From NCBI RefSeq assembly GCF_009914755.1, contig NC_060941.1: a stretch of DNA of 64,000 nucleotides; one strand, 5' to 3'. Under the pieces are notes generated by a model. It was not told where the DNA came from. It was given only the letters and a program-made list of their open reading frames with translations, and did no database searches. Below are positions 1-25,686 of this stretch, one piece after another (within the stretch, counting starts at the first letter, position 1; the number at the start of each line of letters is the position of its first letter). This stretch comes from the human T2T-CHM13v2.0 reference genome, Homo sapiens. Position numbers and translations under genes: made by a program.

Positions 1-1740
1 CATCTCAGCCTGCCAAGTAGCTGGGACTACAGCCACACACCACCATGCTGGGCTAATTGTTGTTGTTGAGACCGGGTCTCCCAATATTGCATCAGCTGGT
101 CTGAAACTCATGGACTCAAGTGATCCTCTCACTTTGGCCTCCCAAAGTGCTGGGATTACAAGAGTGAGCCACCACTCCCCAGCTCCTCTTGTTTTTTTTA
201 GGTTTTTTTTTTTTTTTTTTGAGACGGAGTCTCACTCTGTCACCCAGGCTGGAGTGCAGTGGTACGTTCTCGCTCACTGCAACCTCTGCCTCCTGGGCTC
301 AAGTGATTCTCCTGCCTCAACCTCCCAAGTAGCTTGGATTACAGGCATGTGCCATGATGCCTGGCTAATTTTTTGTATGTTTGGTAGAGAAGGGTTTTTG
401 CCATGTTGTCCCGGCTGGTCTCGAACTCCTGACCTCAAGTGATCCACCTGCTTAGGCTTCCCAAAGTGCTGGAATTACAGGTGTGAGCCCCCGCGCCCTG
501 CCACCTCTTGTTTCTTTTTGAACAGACTGTGGAGCAGCCAGTCAGGACCCAGAGCCACAGGCCTGTCCCTGCACTGGTTAATTTCAACTGGCTCTGGGCC
601 CGTGGTGTTGAAGGGGCCCTGGGTGGGGTTGGGTGGGGAGTAGAGACTGGTGTCTATGGGGCCCAGGCTTCTATCTCAGAACCCAGCGCTGTCAGCTGAG
701 AGACTTGGGAGGGGCCAACATTAACCCATCTTGCTTTGGAGGAAACATACTGGTTCCGATATCAGCCGTGGGGTGGGGCGCGGTTTCCAGTCTGTGCCTC
801 AGTTTATTCTTTGGAAATAGGAAGAATGGAGTTTCCTAGCCTCCACTTTGAGAAGATGGGGGAAGTTGGTTCATTTATTCATTCAGGTAGTCAATCTACA
901 AACATTTATTTTGAACCCACTCTGCACCACCCATGTGTCAGGCACTGTGCTAGGCACCTGGGATACAGAAGTTTGAAACCAAAGCTGAGGGACCTGGAAG
1001 CCTCCAAGCCTAGGGGAGAGTAAACACACCTAATCCTGGGTCTGTGCAGAGAGAAGCAGCAGCCCAGAGCCTGTAGGAGCCATTCATGCACCAAGTTACA
1101 CATCATTTTGGCCAGCAAACCCCAGGAATTAGTATGGATTTCCTCCTGTGATTTAGCAGAGAGGTAAACATGCTGGAAGCCTGTAGCAGGTGTGTCAATG
1201 ATGAAATGAGCCGGCGGTTTGGTGGCTCCTGCCATTCCTTCTTCATCTCAGTCAGGAAGGCCTGGAGGGTAGATGCCATGAAGGACTGCCAGTAGCTGTG
1301 ACGTATAAATACCTCTGTCTTCTGCCTCATCTGCCCAGCAGGCCCTGGATTTGCAGGACCTCACCATGGGGGTGTTTGCTCACACCAGGACTCTTCGCCA
1401 CTGGAGGCCACTGACCACACTAAATGTGGCCCCACATCCAGATTTTAATCTCTAATACTTTTCCACTCAAAGGAAATAAGATTCTTAGGATGATAATGGA
1501 TTCTCTGTCTTGGGGTGTGAAAAAGAAAGTCAGGTCCTGGTGCAGTGACTCATGCCTATAATCCCAGCACTTTGGGAGGCTGAGGTGGGAGGACTGCTTG
1601 AGCCTAGGAGGTCGAGACCAGCTGAGCAACATAGTGAGACACTGTCTCTACAAAAAATTTAAAAATCAGCTGGGCTTGGCCGGGCGCAGTGGCTCAAGCC
1701 TATAATTTCAGTACTCTGGGAGGCCGAGGTGGGGGGATCA

Positions 1741-2001
<261 letters not shown>

Positions 2002-2644
2002 TCAGCTACTTGGAAGGCAGAGAGCAGAGGATCTCTTGAGCCTGGGAGGTTGAGGCTGAAGTGAGCCGTGATTGCGCCAGTGCACTCCAGCCTGGGCAAC
2101 AGAGTGAGACCCTGTCTCAAGACAAAAAACAGAAAATCAGCATGTGACTTGAAAATCTGGTTGATCCCAGGAAGCAAGAAAACTTTCAAGGATGTCAGAG
2201 GCAGTGCTGAGAAGCCCATTGCTGGTAGTCTGAGCATCAGCAAGACAGAGAATTAGGCTAACCTGAGATAAACCAGGAAAGCATCAGGGCTACACAGACA
2301 GGAGGGCTCGAGGGTCAAAACATGCTTGTAATCATGGACAGGCCTCTGCGGGATCAGCGGGATGGGGGGATGGGGCATGAGATGAAGGCAAAAAGCAAGC
2401 AAGGACAGAAGAGACACCTCTACTTTAAAGAGAGTTTGGGTCCAGGTACAGTGTCTCACGCCTGTAATCCCAGCACTTTGAGAGGCCAAGGTGGGCGAAT
2501 CACTTGAGGTCAGGGGTTCGAGAACAGCCTGGCCAACACAGCGAAAACCCATCTCTGAAAAATATAAAAATAAGCTGGTGTGTCCCGGCATGGTGGCTCA
2601 CGCCTGTAATCCCAGCACTTTGGGAGGCTGAGGCAGGCAGATCA

Positions 2645-2857
<213 letters not shown>

Positions 2858-2994
2858 TCAAAATAAAATTAAATTAAATCAAAAATAAAGAGAGTTTGGA
2901 AGTTTACCATCACAAAGAAACCCTCAGTTTGCCAGATAACCAGATTTAGTATGTTTCAAATAATTTGATTGGTGTATGCTTTGTCAATTGTTTA

Positions 2995-3132
<138 letters not shown>

Positions 3133-3714
3133 TTAGCTTGGCATGGTGGCATGCACCTGTGGTCCCAGCTACCAGGGAAGCTGAGGTAGGAGAATTGCTT
3201 GAGCCTGGGGAGGTCGAGGCTGCAGTGAGCCATGATTGTGCCACTGCACTCCCACCTGGGTGACAGAGTGAGGCCCTGTCCCCAAAAAAAAAAAAAAAAA
3301 AATTGTTGGGCGGGTGCAGTGGCTCACGCCTGTAATCCCAGCACTTTGGGAGGCCGAGGTGGGTGGATCGCCTGAGGTCAGGGGTTCGAGACCAACCTGG
3401 CCAACATGGTGGAACCCCATCTCTACTAAAAATACAAAAATTAGCTGGGTGTGGTGGCAGGTGCCTGTAATCCCAGCTACTCATGCCTCAGCCTCCTGAG
3501 TAGCTGGGATTACAAGATTACAGGCAGAAGAATCGCTTGAACCCTAGAGGCAGAGGTTGCAGTGAGCCGAGATCGCACCACTGCACTCTGGCCTGGGCGA
3601 TAGAGTGAGACCCTGTCTCAAACAAACAAACAAACAAACAAAAAACCGGGCATGGTGGCTCATGCCTGTAATCTCAGCATTTTGGGAAGCTGAGGTGGGC
3701 ACATTACAAGGTCA

Positions 3715-4032
<318 letters not shown>

Positions 4033-4235
4033 TTAAAAATCCCAATGCTAACATTCACCAGCTGTGTGACCTTGGGCAAGTCACTTCACCTCTCAGGGCT
4101 TCAGTTTCCTCAGCTGCAAAGTGGGAACCAGATGATAATAATTGAATGTCCTTCATGGGGCTGTTGTGAGAATTAAATGAAGAATACGTTCAAAGCACTT
4201 CAAACAGTGCTTGATGCATAGTAAATGCACGATAG

Positions 4236-4422
<187 letters not shown>

Positions 4423-5974
4423 TAGCTGGGATTACAGGTGTGCACCACCACACCTGGTTAATTTTTGTATTCTTAGTAGAGACAGGGTTTCACCATGTTG
4501 GCCAGGCTGGTCTCAAACTCCTGACCTCAAGTGATCTGCCCGCCTCAGCCTCCCAAAGTGCTAGGATTACAGGTGTGAAGCACTGTGGCCGGTCTAGGTA
4601 ATTCATGTTTAATATGTTAGGAAAAATTTAATTTGTCGAACTCCTAAGTGTTAACTTTTGCTTAGGTGAATATTAAAGAGATGTTGATTGTTTAAAGAGA
4701 TATCGATTATTTGATAAACCCATTAGCTTAATAAACTGCACATGAAACCAAGTTTTGGCAAGAGTGAGGTTTTCTCTCCATTCAGTAAACGTCCTTGGAT
4801 CTTGAAGAATTTAATAAATCACCTTCCCTCCCCCAGCTCCACCCATCCACTGGGGGCTCAGGCTGTTCAATACCACTCCCTGCCACCCTGAGTCCTCCGT
4901 CAGCTACCGACACATACCCAGGCCTCTGGTCTCCCTCCCTCAGTCGACCGCTCTCCAAGAAGCCCACTCTCCCTCTACTCATGCCTCCCCCAAAGCCCGA
5001 GTCTGTCCTGTTAAACCCACCGGACAATCCTCCTTTACCTAGAGCCATGGCCCTATGGCTCTCCTCCCCTTCACAGCTCAACTCAGAGTGACACTCTCCT
5101 CTTCCTCCGCCAAGCCTCTCCCCCATCTCCCCTTTCCATGAAGAACCTATTAATGGCCACGTCTAATGGGTGACCCCAGATCCCTGGCTGGATTTTTTTT
5201 TTTTTTTAGACAGGGTCTCACTCTGTCATCCAGGTGGGAGTGCAGTGGCACAATCAACAGCTCATTGCAGCCTCGACCTCCTGGGCTCAAGCAATCCTCC
5301 TGTCTCATTTTTTCTTTTTTTTAAATTTTTGGTAGAGATGAGATCTCATTATGTTGCTGGTCTTGAACTCCTGGGCTCAAATGATCCTCCCACTTCTGCC
5401 TTCCAAAGTGCTGGGAGTACGGGCATGAGCCACTGTGCCCGGCTCCCAGCTGGATTTCTCTGCAGCATTTGACACACGGAGCCTGTCCCTTCTTGGAAAT
5501 ATCTGCACCCCAGGTCCTCTCCTATCTCTTTGGTGGTTTCTTCTTTATCTTCCTGGCTAGCTAGTCTTCCTCCTATCACCTCCCCCCACGTCGGTTCTCC
5601 CCCAAATCCATCCCTCCTGAGCTATCTTCTCCCTCCACTCTGCACTTTCATAGTGCACTGTCACAACCTGGCCCTCCTCCAGGGTGGCCTATCTCAGCCA
5701 GTTATGCCCCTTCCAGCCATTGCTCACGCCAGAAACCAAGGAGTGACTGCAAAACTTCCGCCTTATCTGGCCAATCACCAAAGGGCCAACCATTGGCTTC
5801 CCTGTAACTGGATGACCTTCTCAAGCCCAAGCGGGAGCTTGCCACTTCCTACTAACGTTCATATGCTGATATTCAAATTCTTCTGTCTAGCTTCCCGTTT
5901 CATTCCTCTTCTTTAGTCTGTTCCACTATTAGCCCAGGGCACACAGTAGGTTCTCAAATATTTTTTTTGTTTGA

Positions 5975-6187
<213 letters not shown>

Positions 6188-6372
6188 TGATCCACCTGTC
6201 TCAGCCTCCCAAAGTGCTGGGATTACGGGCGTGAACCACCATGCCCAGCCTCAAATGTTTGTTGAATGTGTATGCTAAAAGGTAATGGTAAGAAGATGAC
6301 AAAAATATATACGATGCAGTTCACAATGGCTAAAGGTAGAACAATTATAGAATTTAAAGTAAAATAACACTA

Positions 6373-6930
<558 letters not shown>

Positions 6931-7400
6931 GGCTGGGCATGGTGGCTTATGCCTGTAATTCCAGCTACTCAGGAGGATGAGGTGGGAAGACAGCTTGAGC
7001 CCAAAACTTGAAGACCAGCCTGGGCAATAGAATGAGACTCTATCACTTAAAGAAAAGAAGAAAAGAAAAGAAAAGGAAAGAAAGAAAGAGGAAGAAAGAG
7101 AAAGAAAAATAACTAAAGTGTTGGTAAGCCACAGAATGTTAGAAGATACTTATAACACATATAAGTGACAAAAAATTAATATCTGGACCAGTGTGGTGGC
7201 TCACACCCGTAATCCCAACAACTTTGGAAGGCCAAGGCAGGAGGATCCCTTGAGACCAGCCTAGGCAACACAGCAAGACTCCATCTCTACAAAAAAATCT
7301 AAAAATTAGCAGGATGTGGTGGTGCTTGCCTGTAGTCCCAGCTATTTGGGAGGGTTAGGTGGGAGAATCGCTTGAGCCCAGGAAATCAAGGCTGCGGTGA

Positions 7401-7853
<453 letters not shown>

Positions 7854-7870
7854 TAGCCAGGATGGTCTCA

Positions 7871-8242
<372 letters not shown>

Positions 8243-8711
8243 TCAATAAGCATCTGAAAAAATAGCCAATCTCATTAATATGCATGAATATACCAACTAC
8301 AGTAAAATGTCTAACAACAATATTCAAAGTCAGGGACAGAAGAAATGGAAGTATACTGTTATAAGTTTCCTTTGTAACATCTTTATTGAAGTATAATTCA
8401 CATGCCATAAAATTCACCCATTTAAAGTGCACAATTCAGTGGCTTTTATTACTCCCCGAGTTCTACAACCACTACATTCTAAGTTTAGAGTATTTCCATC
8501 ACTCCAAAAAGAAATTCCATGCCCATCAGCCATCACTCCTCATTCCTCCCTCCAGCCCTAGGCAACCATTAATATTGTTTCTGTCTCTATAGATTTGCCT
8601 ATTCTAGACATTTCATGTAAATAAAATCATACAATATAGGCTGGGCGCTGTGGGTCATGCCTGTAATCCCAGCACTTTGGGAGGCTGAGGTGAGCAGATC
8701 ACCTGCGGTCA

Positions 8712-8918
<207 letters not shown>

Positions 8919-9146
8919 TCAAAAAAAAAAAAAAAAATCATACAATATAGGTTTTTTGGTGGCTGGCTTCTTTCACTAACCATGATATTTTCAAGGTCAT
9001 CCATGTTGTAGCATGTATCAGTATTTCATTCCTTTTTATTGCTGAATAATATTCCATTGTATGCATATAATACATTTTGTTGGTCCATTCATCAGCTGAT
9101 GGACTTTTGGGTTGTCTCCACTTTTTGGCTATGGTGAATGATGCTG

Positions 9147-17418
<8,272 letters not shown>

Positions 17419-17451
17419 AAGGGAGGAATCCTTTCACGAGGAGATACTGCA

Positions 17452-17650
17452 ATGGTTCCACTACCTGGAAGATAAGGCTCTCACCTGAGCTCAGGGCAAA
17501 AAAGGGGTTACCTTCTGGGATGACTGATCCCAAATGCCAAGGGTAAGCTGGGTTCTAACTCCAAAAGAAAGGCAGGGAGGACTATGTCTGGAACCCAGGG
17601 GACTCCCTGGTGTGCCATGTCCTATTTCCGTGTCCAATAGTAAAAGTTAA
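17452..17650 (+). mobile_element. Second ERV-L-type dUTPase remnant in the opposite orientation
   Basis: Reads AKKGLPSGMTDPKCQG*AGF*LQKKGREDYVWNPGDSLVCHVLFPCPIVKV, resembling the ERV-L dUTPase C-terminus. Confidence 0.65.
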
Positions 17651-17817
17651 AAAAAAAAGAGCAATACAGTTCTGAGGATTCCAATTTGTAGAATGCTAAT
17701 TTCAAGAATAAAGGTTTATTCTTGAAACCTTTATTTTAAGAATAAAGGTTTGGGGGCCGGGCGTGGTGGCTCATGCCTGTAATCCCAGCATTTTGGGAGG
17801 CCAAGATGGGCGGATCA

Positions 17818-18126
<309 letters not shown>

Positions 18127-19661
18127 TCACGCCTGTAATCCCAGCACTTTGGGAGGCAAGGTGGGTGGGGATCACTTGAGGTCAGGAGTTCGAGACCAGT
18201 CTGGCCAAAATGGTGAAACCCTGTCTCTACTAAAAAAAATACAAAAATTAGCCAGGTGTGGTGGTTGGTGGGCACCCGTATTCCCAGCTACTCTGGAGGC
18301 TGAGGCACGAGAATCCCTTGAACCCTTCAAGGGTAATGGAAGAGGAAAGTTATAATATCAGCTTCTGACCAGATATAGAAGCAAGGATTGTAGAAGCCAT
18401 GGGCATGTTTTCTCTTGCTTGTTTTGTTATATACACTCTCTAAATATTGGTTAACTTTCCTCTCCTTCTTTTCTCTTATTTTTTATGAGGATTGTTGTTG
18501 GTGATGACCTTCATAATTTAGGTTGCAGAATACTCTAGAGGACATGTGGCTGAACTAGGAGAATTCACATCACACGGAAAGGGATCCCATTGCTGTAGAG
18601 ACTTTGCGTCTCTGCTTTTGGGGGAGGGCCCCAGAGCATCTTCATTTGAGCAAAGGACAGTTGCATCTATTAGGCAAAGGGATGAAGCTGTTATTATTCA
18701 AATATGATGGATAGATGTGTAACTACTGCATAGAAAAAAGGGGTAGATAATGCCAGTTATTTGCTTATTGACTTTCAGCTTCAAATTCATTCTTATTTTC
18801 TCTGCTCTCTGATGTTGGAAGGGGGCTGGGACTCTGCAAACCAGTTCCCTAGCCTCCATTACTGTCCTGTTAGGTTCTGCTTGTAGGCGGTGCACACATG
18901 GGTGATAAAAATATAAAGAAAAGCAAGGAAATGATTATCACAAAAGTTGAAATATGAACAAGGAATAAAGCTGGAGGACTTATACTTCCTGATTTTAAAA
19001 CTCACTGCAAAGCTACATTCATCAAAATAGAGTGGTATTGGCATAGAGACAGACGTATAGACCAATGAAATAGAACAGAGGCCCTCATGTAAACTCTTAC
19101 ACACATGAGCAAGTGATTTCTTTTCTTTTTTTTTTTGAGACGGGGTCTCGCTCTGTCACCCAGGCTGGAGTGAAGTGATACAATTTCAGCTCACTCCAAT
19201 CTCTGCCTCCTGGACTCAAGCGATCCTCCCACCTCAGCTTCCTGAGTAGCTGGGACCACAGGTGTAAGCCACCATGCCTGCCTAATTTTTTTGTATTTTG
19301 GGTAGAGATGGGGTTTCACCACGTTGCCCAGGCTGGTCTCGAACTCCTGAGTTCAAGTGATCCGCCCACTTAGGCCTCTCAAAGTGCTGGATTACAGGCG
19401 TGAACCACTGTGCCTGGTCTGCAAGTGATTTCTTATTTTTTTTATTTATCTAATTTTTTTAGAGATATGGTCTTGCTATGTTACCCAGGATGGACTCGAA
19501 TTCCTGGGCTCAAGTGATCTTCCCACCTCACCCTCCTGAGTAGCTCGGATTATAAGTATGTACCATCACACCTGGCCTATGATCAAATGATTTTTTTTTT
19601 TTTTGACATAGGGTCTTGCTCTGTTGTCTAGGCTGCAGTGCTGTGGTGCAATGCAGTCTTA

Positions 19662-19946
<285 letters not shown>

Positions 19947-20546
19947 TTAATGGGGAAAGGACAGGTTTTTGTTTGTTTGATTTTTGTTTTTTAAACAAAT
20001 AGTGCTGGAAAAAACGGATATCCACATGTAAGAGAATAAAGTTGGACTCTTACCTAACACTATCGACAAAAATTAACTCAAAATGGATCAAATACCTAAA
20101 TGTAAGACCTAAACTTTTAAAACTCTTAGAAGAAAACATATGGCAAAAGCTTCCCAACACTGGATTTGGCAATAATTTTTTTGGATCTGACACCAAAGAT
20201 GGGGGCAACAATAACAACAAAATAGACAAATTAGCTTTGATGAAAACTTAAGAACTTTGTGCATCAAAAAACCAATATCAACAAATTCAAAAGGTAATTG
20301 GCAGAATGGGAGAAAATATTTGCAAGTTATATATCTGATAAGGAATTGATATCCAGGATATAGAGGCAGCTCCTAAAAAACTCAACACCAACAACAAAAA
20401 CCAAGCAACCCAAAAATGAACAAAGGACTTGAATAGGTATCGCTCCAAAAAAAAAAAAAAAAAAAGAAAACAAATAGCCAGTAAACACATGAAAAGGTGC
20501 TCAACATCACTAATCGTTAGCAAAATGCAAATAAAAACTACAACAA

Positions 20547-21291
20547 AAGAGTGTACTTTCAGGGATCATTTCCCTTTTTCTGTTTCTTGAGATGGAGCCT
20601 CATTCTGTTGCCCAAACTGGAGTGCAGTGGCGCGATCTCGGCTCACTGCAACCTCTGTCTCCTGGGATTCAAGTGATTCTCCCACCTCGGCCTTCTGAGT
20701 AGCTGGGATTATAGGCATCCACCACCATGCCTTGCTCATTTTTGTATTTTTAGTAGAGACGGGGTTTCACCATGTTGGCCAGGCTGGTCTCGAACTCCTG
20801 ATCTCAAGTGATCCACCTGCCTCGGCCTTCCAAAGTGCGGGGATTACAGGTGTGAACCACCGTCCCCAGCCCGTTTCTCTCTGTCTTTTTTTTTTTTTTG
20901 AAACAGGCTTTCGCTTTGTCACTGAGGCTGAAGTACAGTGGCGTGATCATGGCGCACTGCAGTCTCAACCTCCGGGGCTCAAGTGATCTTCCCATCTCAG
21001 CCTTCCAAGTAGCTGGGGAATCCAGGTGCACACCACTACGCCTGGCTAATTTTTGTATTTTTTGTAGAGATGGGGTCTCTCCCATGGGCACAGTCTCATT
21101 GTTTCTATAGTTTATTACCAGAAAAGTTTCTCAGAATGTGTAGAGCACTGGAAACCATGAGGAAGAGGCATAGCGTTCTCTCTTGAGCATCAAGTTGGCT
21201 GTTGGTGTTGCTTTGCTGCAAACGCCATTTGTCATTGTCTTCCTTGTCTTCCTTTAGGAGAGTAAGAGGGAGAGGACACAGTCTGGGTAGT
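20547..21291 (+). pseudogene. U3 snoRNA retropseudogene split by an Alu insertion block
   Basis: 5' piece AAGAGTGTACTTTCAGGGATCATTTC (20547-20572). Remainder TTTCTATAG...TGTAGAGCAC...GAGGAAGAG...GAGGGAGAGGACACAGTCTGGGTAGT (21102-21291), then an A-tail. TSD AAAACTACAA at 20534-20543 and 21319-21328. Confidence 0.88.
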
Positions 21292-21610
21292 TTCCCTGAA
21301 AAAAAGAAAAAAGAAAAGAAAACTACAATGAGATACCACCTCACACTTGTTCACACTTGTTGGGATGGTTACCATCAAACAAGCAAACAGGAAATAACAA
21401 GTGTTGGCAAGGATGTAGAGAAATTACACCCTTGTGGCCGGGCGTGGTGGCTCACGCCTGTAATCCCAGCACTTTGGGAGGTCGAGCTGGGCAGATCACG
21501 AGGTCAGGAGATCGAGACCATCCTGGCTAACACAGTGAAACCCTGTCTCTACTAAAAATACAAGAAAATAGCCAGGCATGGTGGCGGGTGCCTCTAGTCC
21601 CAGCTACTCA

Positions 21611-21712
<102 letters not shown>

Positions 21713-21990
21713 TCAAAAAAAAAAAAAAAAAAAGAGAAATTGGACCCTTGTGCACTGTTGGCAGGAATGTAAAAGGGTGCAGCCATATGGAAAACAGGAT
21801 GGCAGCTTCTCAAAAAATTAAAAACAAAATTGCCATGTAATCCAGCAATTCCACTTCTGGGTATATACCCCAAAGAATTGAAAACAAGGTCTCAAAGAGA
21901 TATTTGTACACCCATGTGCATAGCAGCATTACTCATAATTGGTAACATGTGTAAACAATACAAGTGTCCATGGATGGATGAATGGATAAG

Positions 21991-23009
21991 TGTCTTAGTT
22001 GCTTTGTGCTGCTCTAACAGAATATGTGAGACTGGGTAATTTATGAAGAACAGAGATTTGTCTCTTACAGTTCTGGAGGCTAGCTGGGAAGTCCAAGATG
22101 GAGGGGCCCACATCTGGCAAGGGCCTTCTTGCTGCATCATCCAATGGTGGTAGGTGGAAAGGCAAGAGAGCATGAGGGAGAGAGAAAGGGGCCTGATCCT
22201 CAACCTCTTATCAGGAACCCACTATCAAAACAACAGCATTAATCCATTCATGAGGGCAGAGCTCTTGTGATCTAATCATTTCTTGAAGGTCCCACCTTTC
22301 AACACCAGTGAATTGGGGACTAAGTTTCTTATACATGGCCACGTGTGGTAGCTCATATCTGTAATCCCAACACTTTGGGAGGCTGAGGAGGAAGGATCAC
22401 TTGTGCCCAGGAATTCAAGGCCAGCCTGGGCAACATAGTGAGACTTCATCTCTACAAAATAAATTAATAAATAATAAACTAATAAAAATAAAAATTAGCC
22501 AGACATGGTAGCAAGTGCCTGTAGTTCCAGCTGCTTAGGAGGTTGAGGTGGGAGGATCACTTGAGCCTAGGAGGTTGAAGGTGCAGTGAGCTATGATTGC
22601 ACCACTGCTCTCTAGCGTGGGCAAGAGAGTGAGATCTTGTCTCAAAAAGTAAGAAAGAAGGCTGGGCATGAAGACTTACGCCTGTAATCGCAGCATTTTG
22701 GGAGGCCAAGGCAGGTGGACTGCTTGAGGCCAGGAGTTCAAGACCAGCCTGGCCAACATAGCAAAACTCCATCTCTACTAAAAATACAAAATTTAGCCAT
22801 GCATGGTGGTGTGCACCTCTAATCCCAGCTACTCGTGATGCTGAGGCACAAGAATCACTTCAACCTGGGAGGCAGAGGCTGCAGTGAGCCAAGATCATGC
22901 CACTGCACTCCAGCCTGGGCAACAGAGCAAGACTTTGTCCCCCCCCACCAAAAAAAAGAAAAAAAGTTTCCAACACATGAACTTCGGGGGACACATTCAA
23001 GCCATAGCA
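21991..23009 (-). mobile_element. MaLR solo LTR (MST/MLT1A-like) interrupted by two Alus
   Basis: TG...CA termini and a 5-bp TSD ATAAG (21986-21990, 23010-23014). GAGACTGGGTAATTTATGAAGAACAGAG and GGGGACACATTCAAGCCATAGCA are typical of MST. Confidence 0.8.
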
Positions 23010-23240
23010 ATAAGCAAAATGTTGCATATTCCTACAAAAGAATATTAGTCTGCCTTTAAAAGGAGAGAAATTCTGCAATGTGTTACAATATGGATGAGCT
23101 TTTTTCTTTTCTTTCTATTTTTTTTTTTTTTTTGAGACAGAGTTTCACTCTTGCCCAGGCTTCAGTGCAATGGCACAATCTCACTTCACTGCAACCTCCG
23201 CCTCCTGGGTTCAAGCGATTCTCCCGCCTCAGCCTCCTGA

Positions 23241-23420
<180 letters not shown>

Positions 23421-24162
23421 TGAACTTTAAGGACTTTAGGCTAAGCAAAATAAGCCAGTCACATAAAAAATAAGCACTATATGATTCCACTTATATGAAG
23501 TACTTAGAGTAGTCAAAATCATAGAACCAGAAAGTAGACTAGTAGTTGCCAGGGGTGAGGGGAGTGGGGAATGGGGAATTATTGTTTAATGGATAGTTTC
23601 AGTTTTTCAAGATGAAGAGTTAAGAAGTTGGACGGTGGTGATGACTGCAAAAAACTATGAATGTACTTAGTACTACTCCATTGTACACTTAAGAATGGTT
23701 AAGATAGGCCGGGCGTGGTGGCTCACGCCTGTAATCCCAGCACTTTGGGAGGCCAAGGCAGGTGGATCACCTGAGGTCGGGAGTTTGAGACCAGCCTGAC
23801 TGACATGGTGAAACCCTGTCTTTAGTAAAAATACAAAAATTAACCAGGCGTGGTGGTGCATGCCTGTAATCCCAGCTACTTGGGAGGCTGAGGCAGGAGA
23901 ATCACTTGAACCCGACAGGTGGAGGTTGTAGTGAGCCGAGATCACTCTGGCCTGGACGACAGAGTGAGACTCTGTCTCAAAAACAACAACAACAACAACA
24001 AAATAAACCCCAAAAGAACATCATGTGCCCTCATTTGGAGAAAGAGCAAAAAAACCCATCATGACTGCCCCTGGCAAACTGGAGGCAGGAGAATGGTAAG
24101 AGGGACTTCTACACGTGAGGCAAGAGCAAGATGATGGAGGAGGGACTGAAAAGACCAAGGTT

Positions 24163-24280
24163 ATACTAACATCGGAATGTGTTAATATGCTAAAAAATTG
24201 GAAAGATACAGAGAAGATTAGCATGGCCACTGTGCAAGGATGACACACAAAAAATAATTGAAAAAAAAAAGTAAAAAATA
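24163..24280 (+). pseudogene. Truncated U6 snRNA retropseudogene
   Basis: AATTGGAAAGATACAGAGAAGATTAGCATGGCCACTGTGCAAGGATGACAC matches the U6 core. A-rich tail and 14-bp TSD AAAAGACCAAGGTT (24149-24162, 24281-24294). Confidence 0.9.
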
Positions 24281-25686
24281 AAAAGACCAAGGTTGAGGTC
24301 CCAGAAGCCAAGAATTGAGGCTGAGGCTGCGTAAATGTAAGATCCCATGCTAGGAGTCAGGATCTCTCACCAGTCTCCAGGGTGTCAGACAAGGCTCTTT
24401 CATCTCCTCTTCCTCCACCTGTGGTGACAGAGGGTCCCTGCCTGCTGACCATTTTCAGATGTGGGTGCAAATCTGAATCAATGTAGAGACATCAGCAATC
24501 CACTGGCAGAGCATCAGGTGAATTGAGCAGGTAGGCAGAGTTGGAGAATAGGTGTGAGTGAGTCCTGGGAGGGATGTTCCTAAGGGCAGATGGAGAAATT
24601 GGGTAGAGGCCCTTTAATAAACACAGAAAGGCTTTATGTAGGAGTTGCGGATTCCAGCAGGTGAAGGGGAACCCTCCCCCCACCCCGCCCCGAAAATCCT
24701 GGAACAGGTTGAATAGAGGAACGGAGCAGGTGGGAGCAGGGACGTGAGAGGAATAGGAGGCCAAGGGCGGTGGGAAACCAGACTATGCCTTCATTTCCCC
24801 CCACCCCCGGGGAGAAGCTGCAACCAGTTTTACAGGACACTCCTGGCCTTGCCCGAGATCAATGACCCCATTCAGAGAGGGTTGATGGCACAACGCGGCA
24901 ATGCCGGCAGCCAAGGGGTTAACCTTAGGCCAGCTGGCTCTGGGGTGGTGCGAGGGGGTGGGCCGCCACCCCCTCCGGTTGCCTTGGCACCATTGTAGGC
25001 GCCTGCTCTGCTGCTGGGAACCTCCGCAGAGCCCAAGGCCCTTCGTTGCCAGTCTGCTCCCCACTCTCTGTCCCAAGTGGTTCCAGGCGCTGAGCCCTTA
25101 GGCTTCGTCTGGATTCCCATCCTCCACCCCAGGAGAGGTTGGCTCGGCCTGGCTGGTGCAGGCGGGTCCAGCCCAGGCACAGACATGCAGATGCGCAGTC
25201 TCTAGGGCTGCTCCTTAGCCTCCTGGGTTAGCAGCCGGGAGCCATCTGCGCTTTCTCGCCGAGAAAGCCGAGGCTGAACGGATAGGGGGCAGGGAGGGGA
25301 CGGGGGTGGGGGGTGGGGGTCCCGGAGGTGAAGACCTCCTTTCCCCTGGCGGCAGGGGGAGATCAGAGACACCACGGAGCACAGGTCAGAAACAAGGGAG
25401 TAGAGAGGTCGGAGCCAGAGACTCGAGGCGAGGCGAGGCGAGGAGGAGCGAGGAGTCTCGGGCCCAGAGTGTGGGGGTGGAGGGCAGGCCCCCTGCTCCT
25501 CCTTCCAATCTCTGCTTCTCCCGGGTACCCCCTCCGCCCTCCGTGGGGCCCGGGCTCTGCCCCTCCCCTCAGACCCTGCACCCTCTGCGGATTGGTCCTC
25601 GGCCTGCTGGGGGGCGGGGCCCGAGGGCCCTGACGTCACTGGCCGAGGGGGGCGGGCGGCTGGAGGAGGGGGTGACGGGGCCCCGG

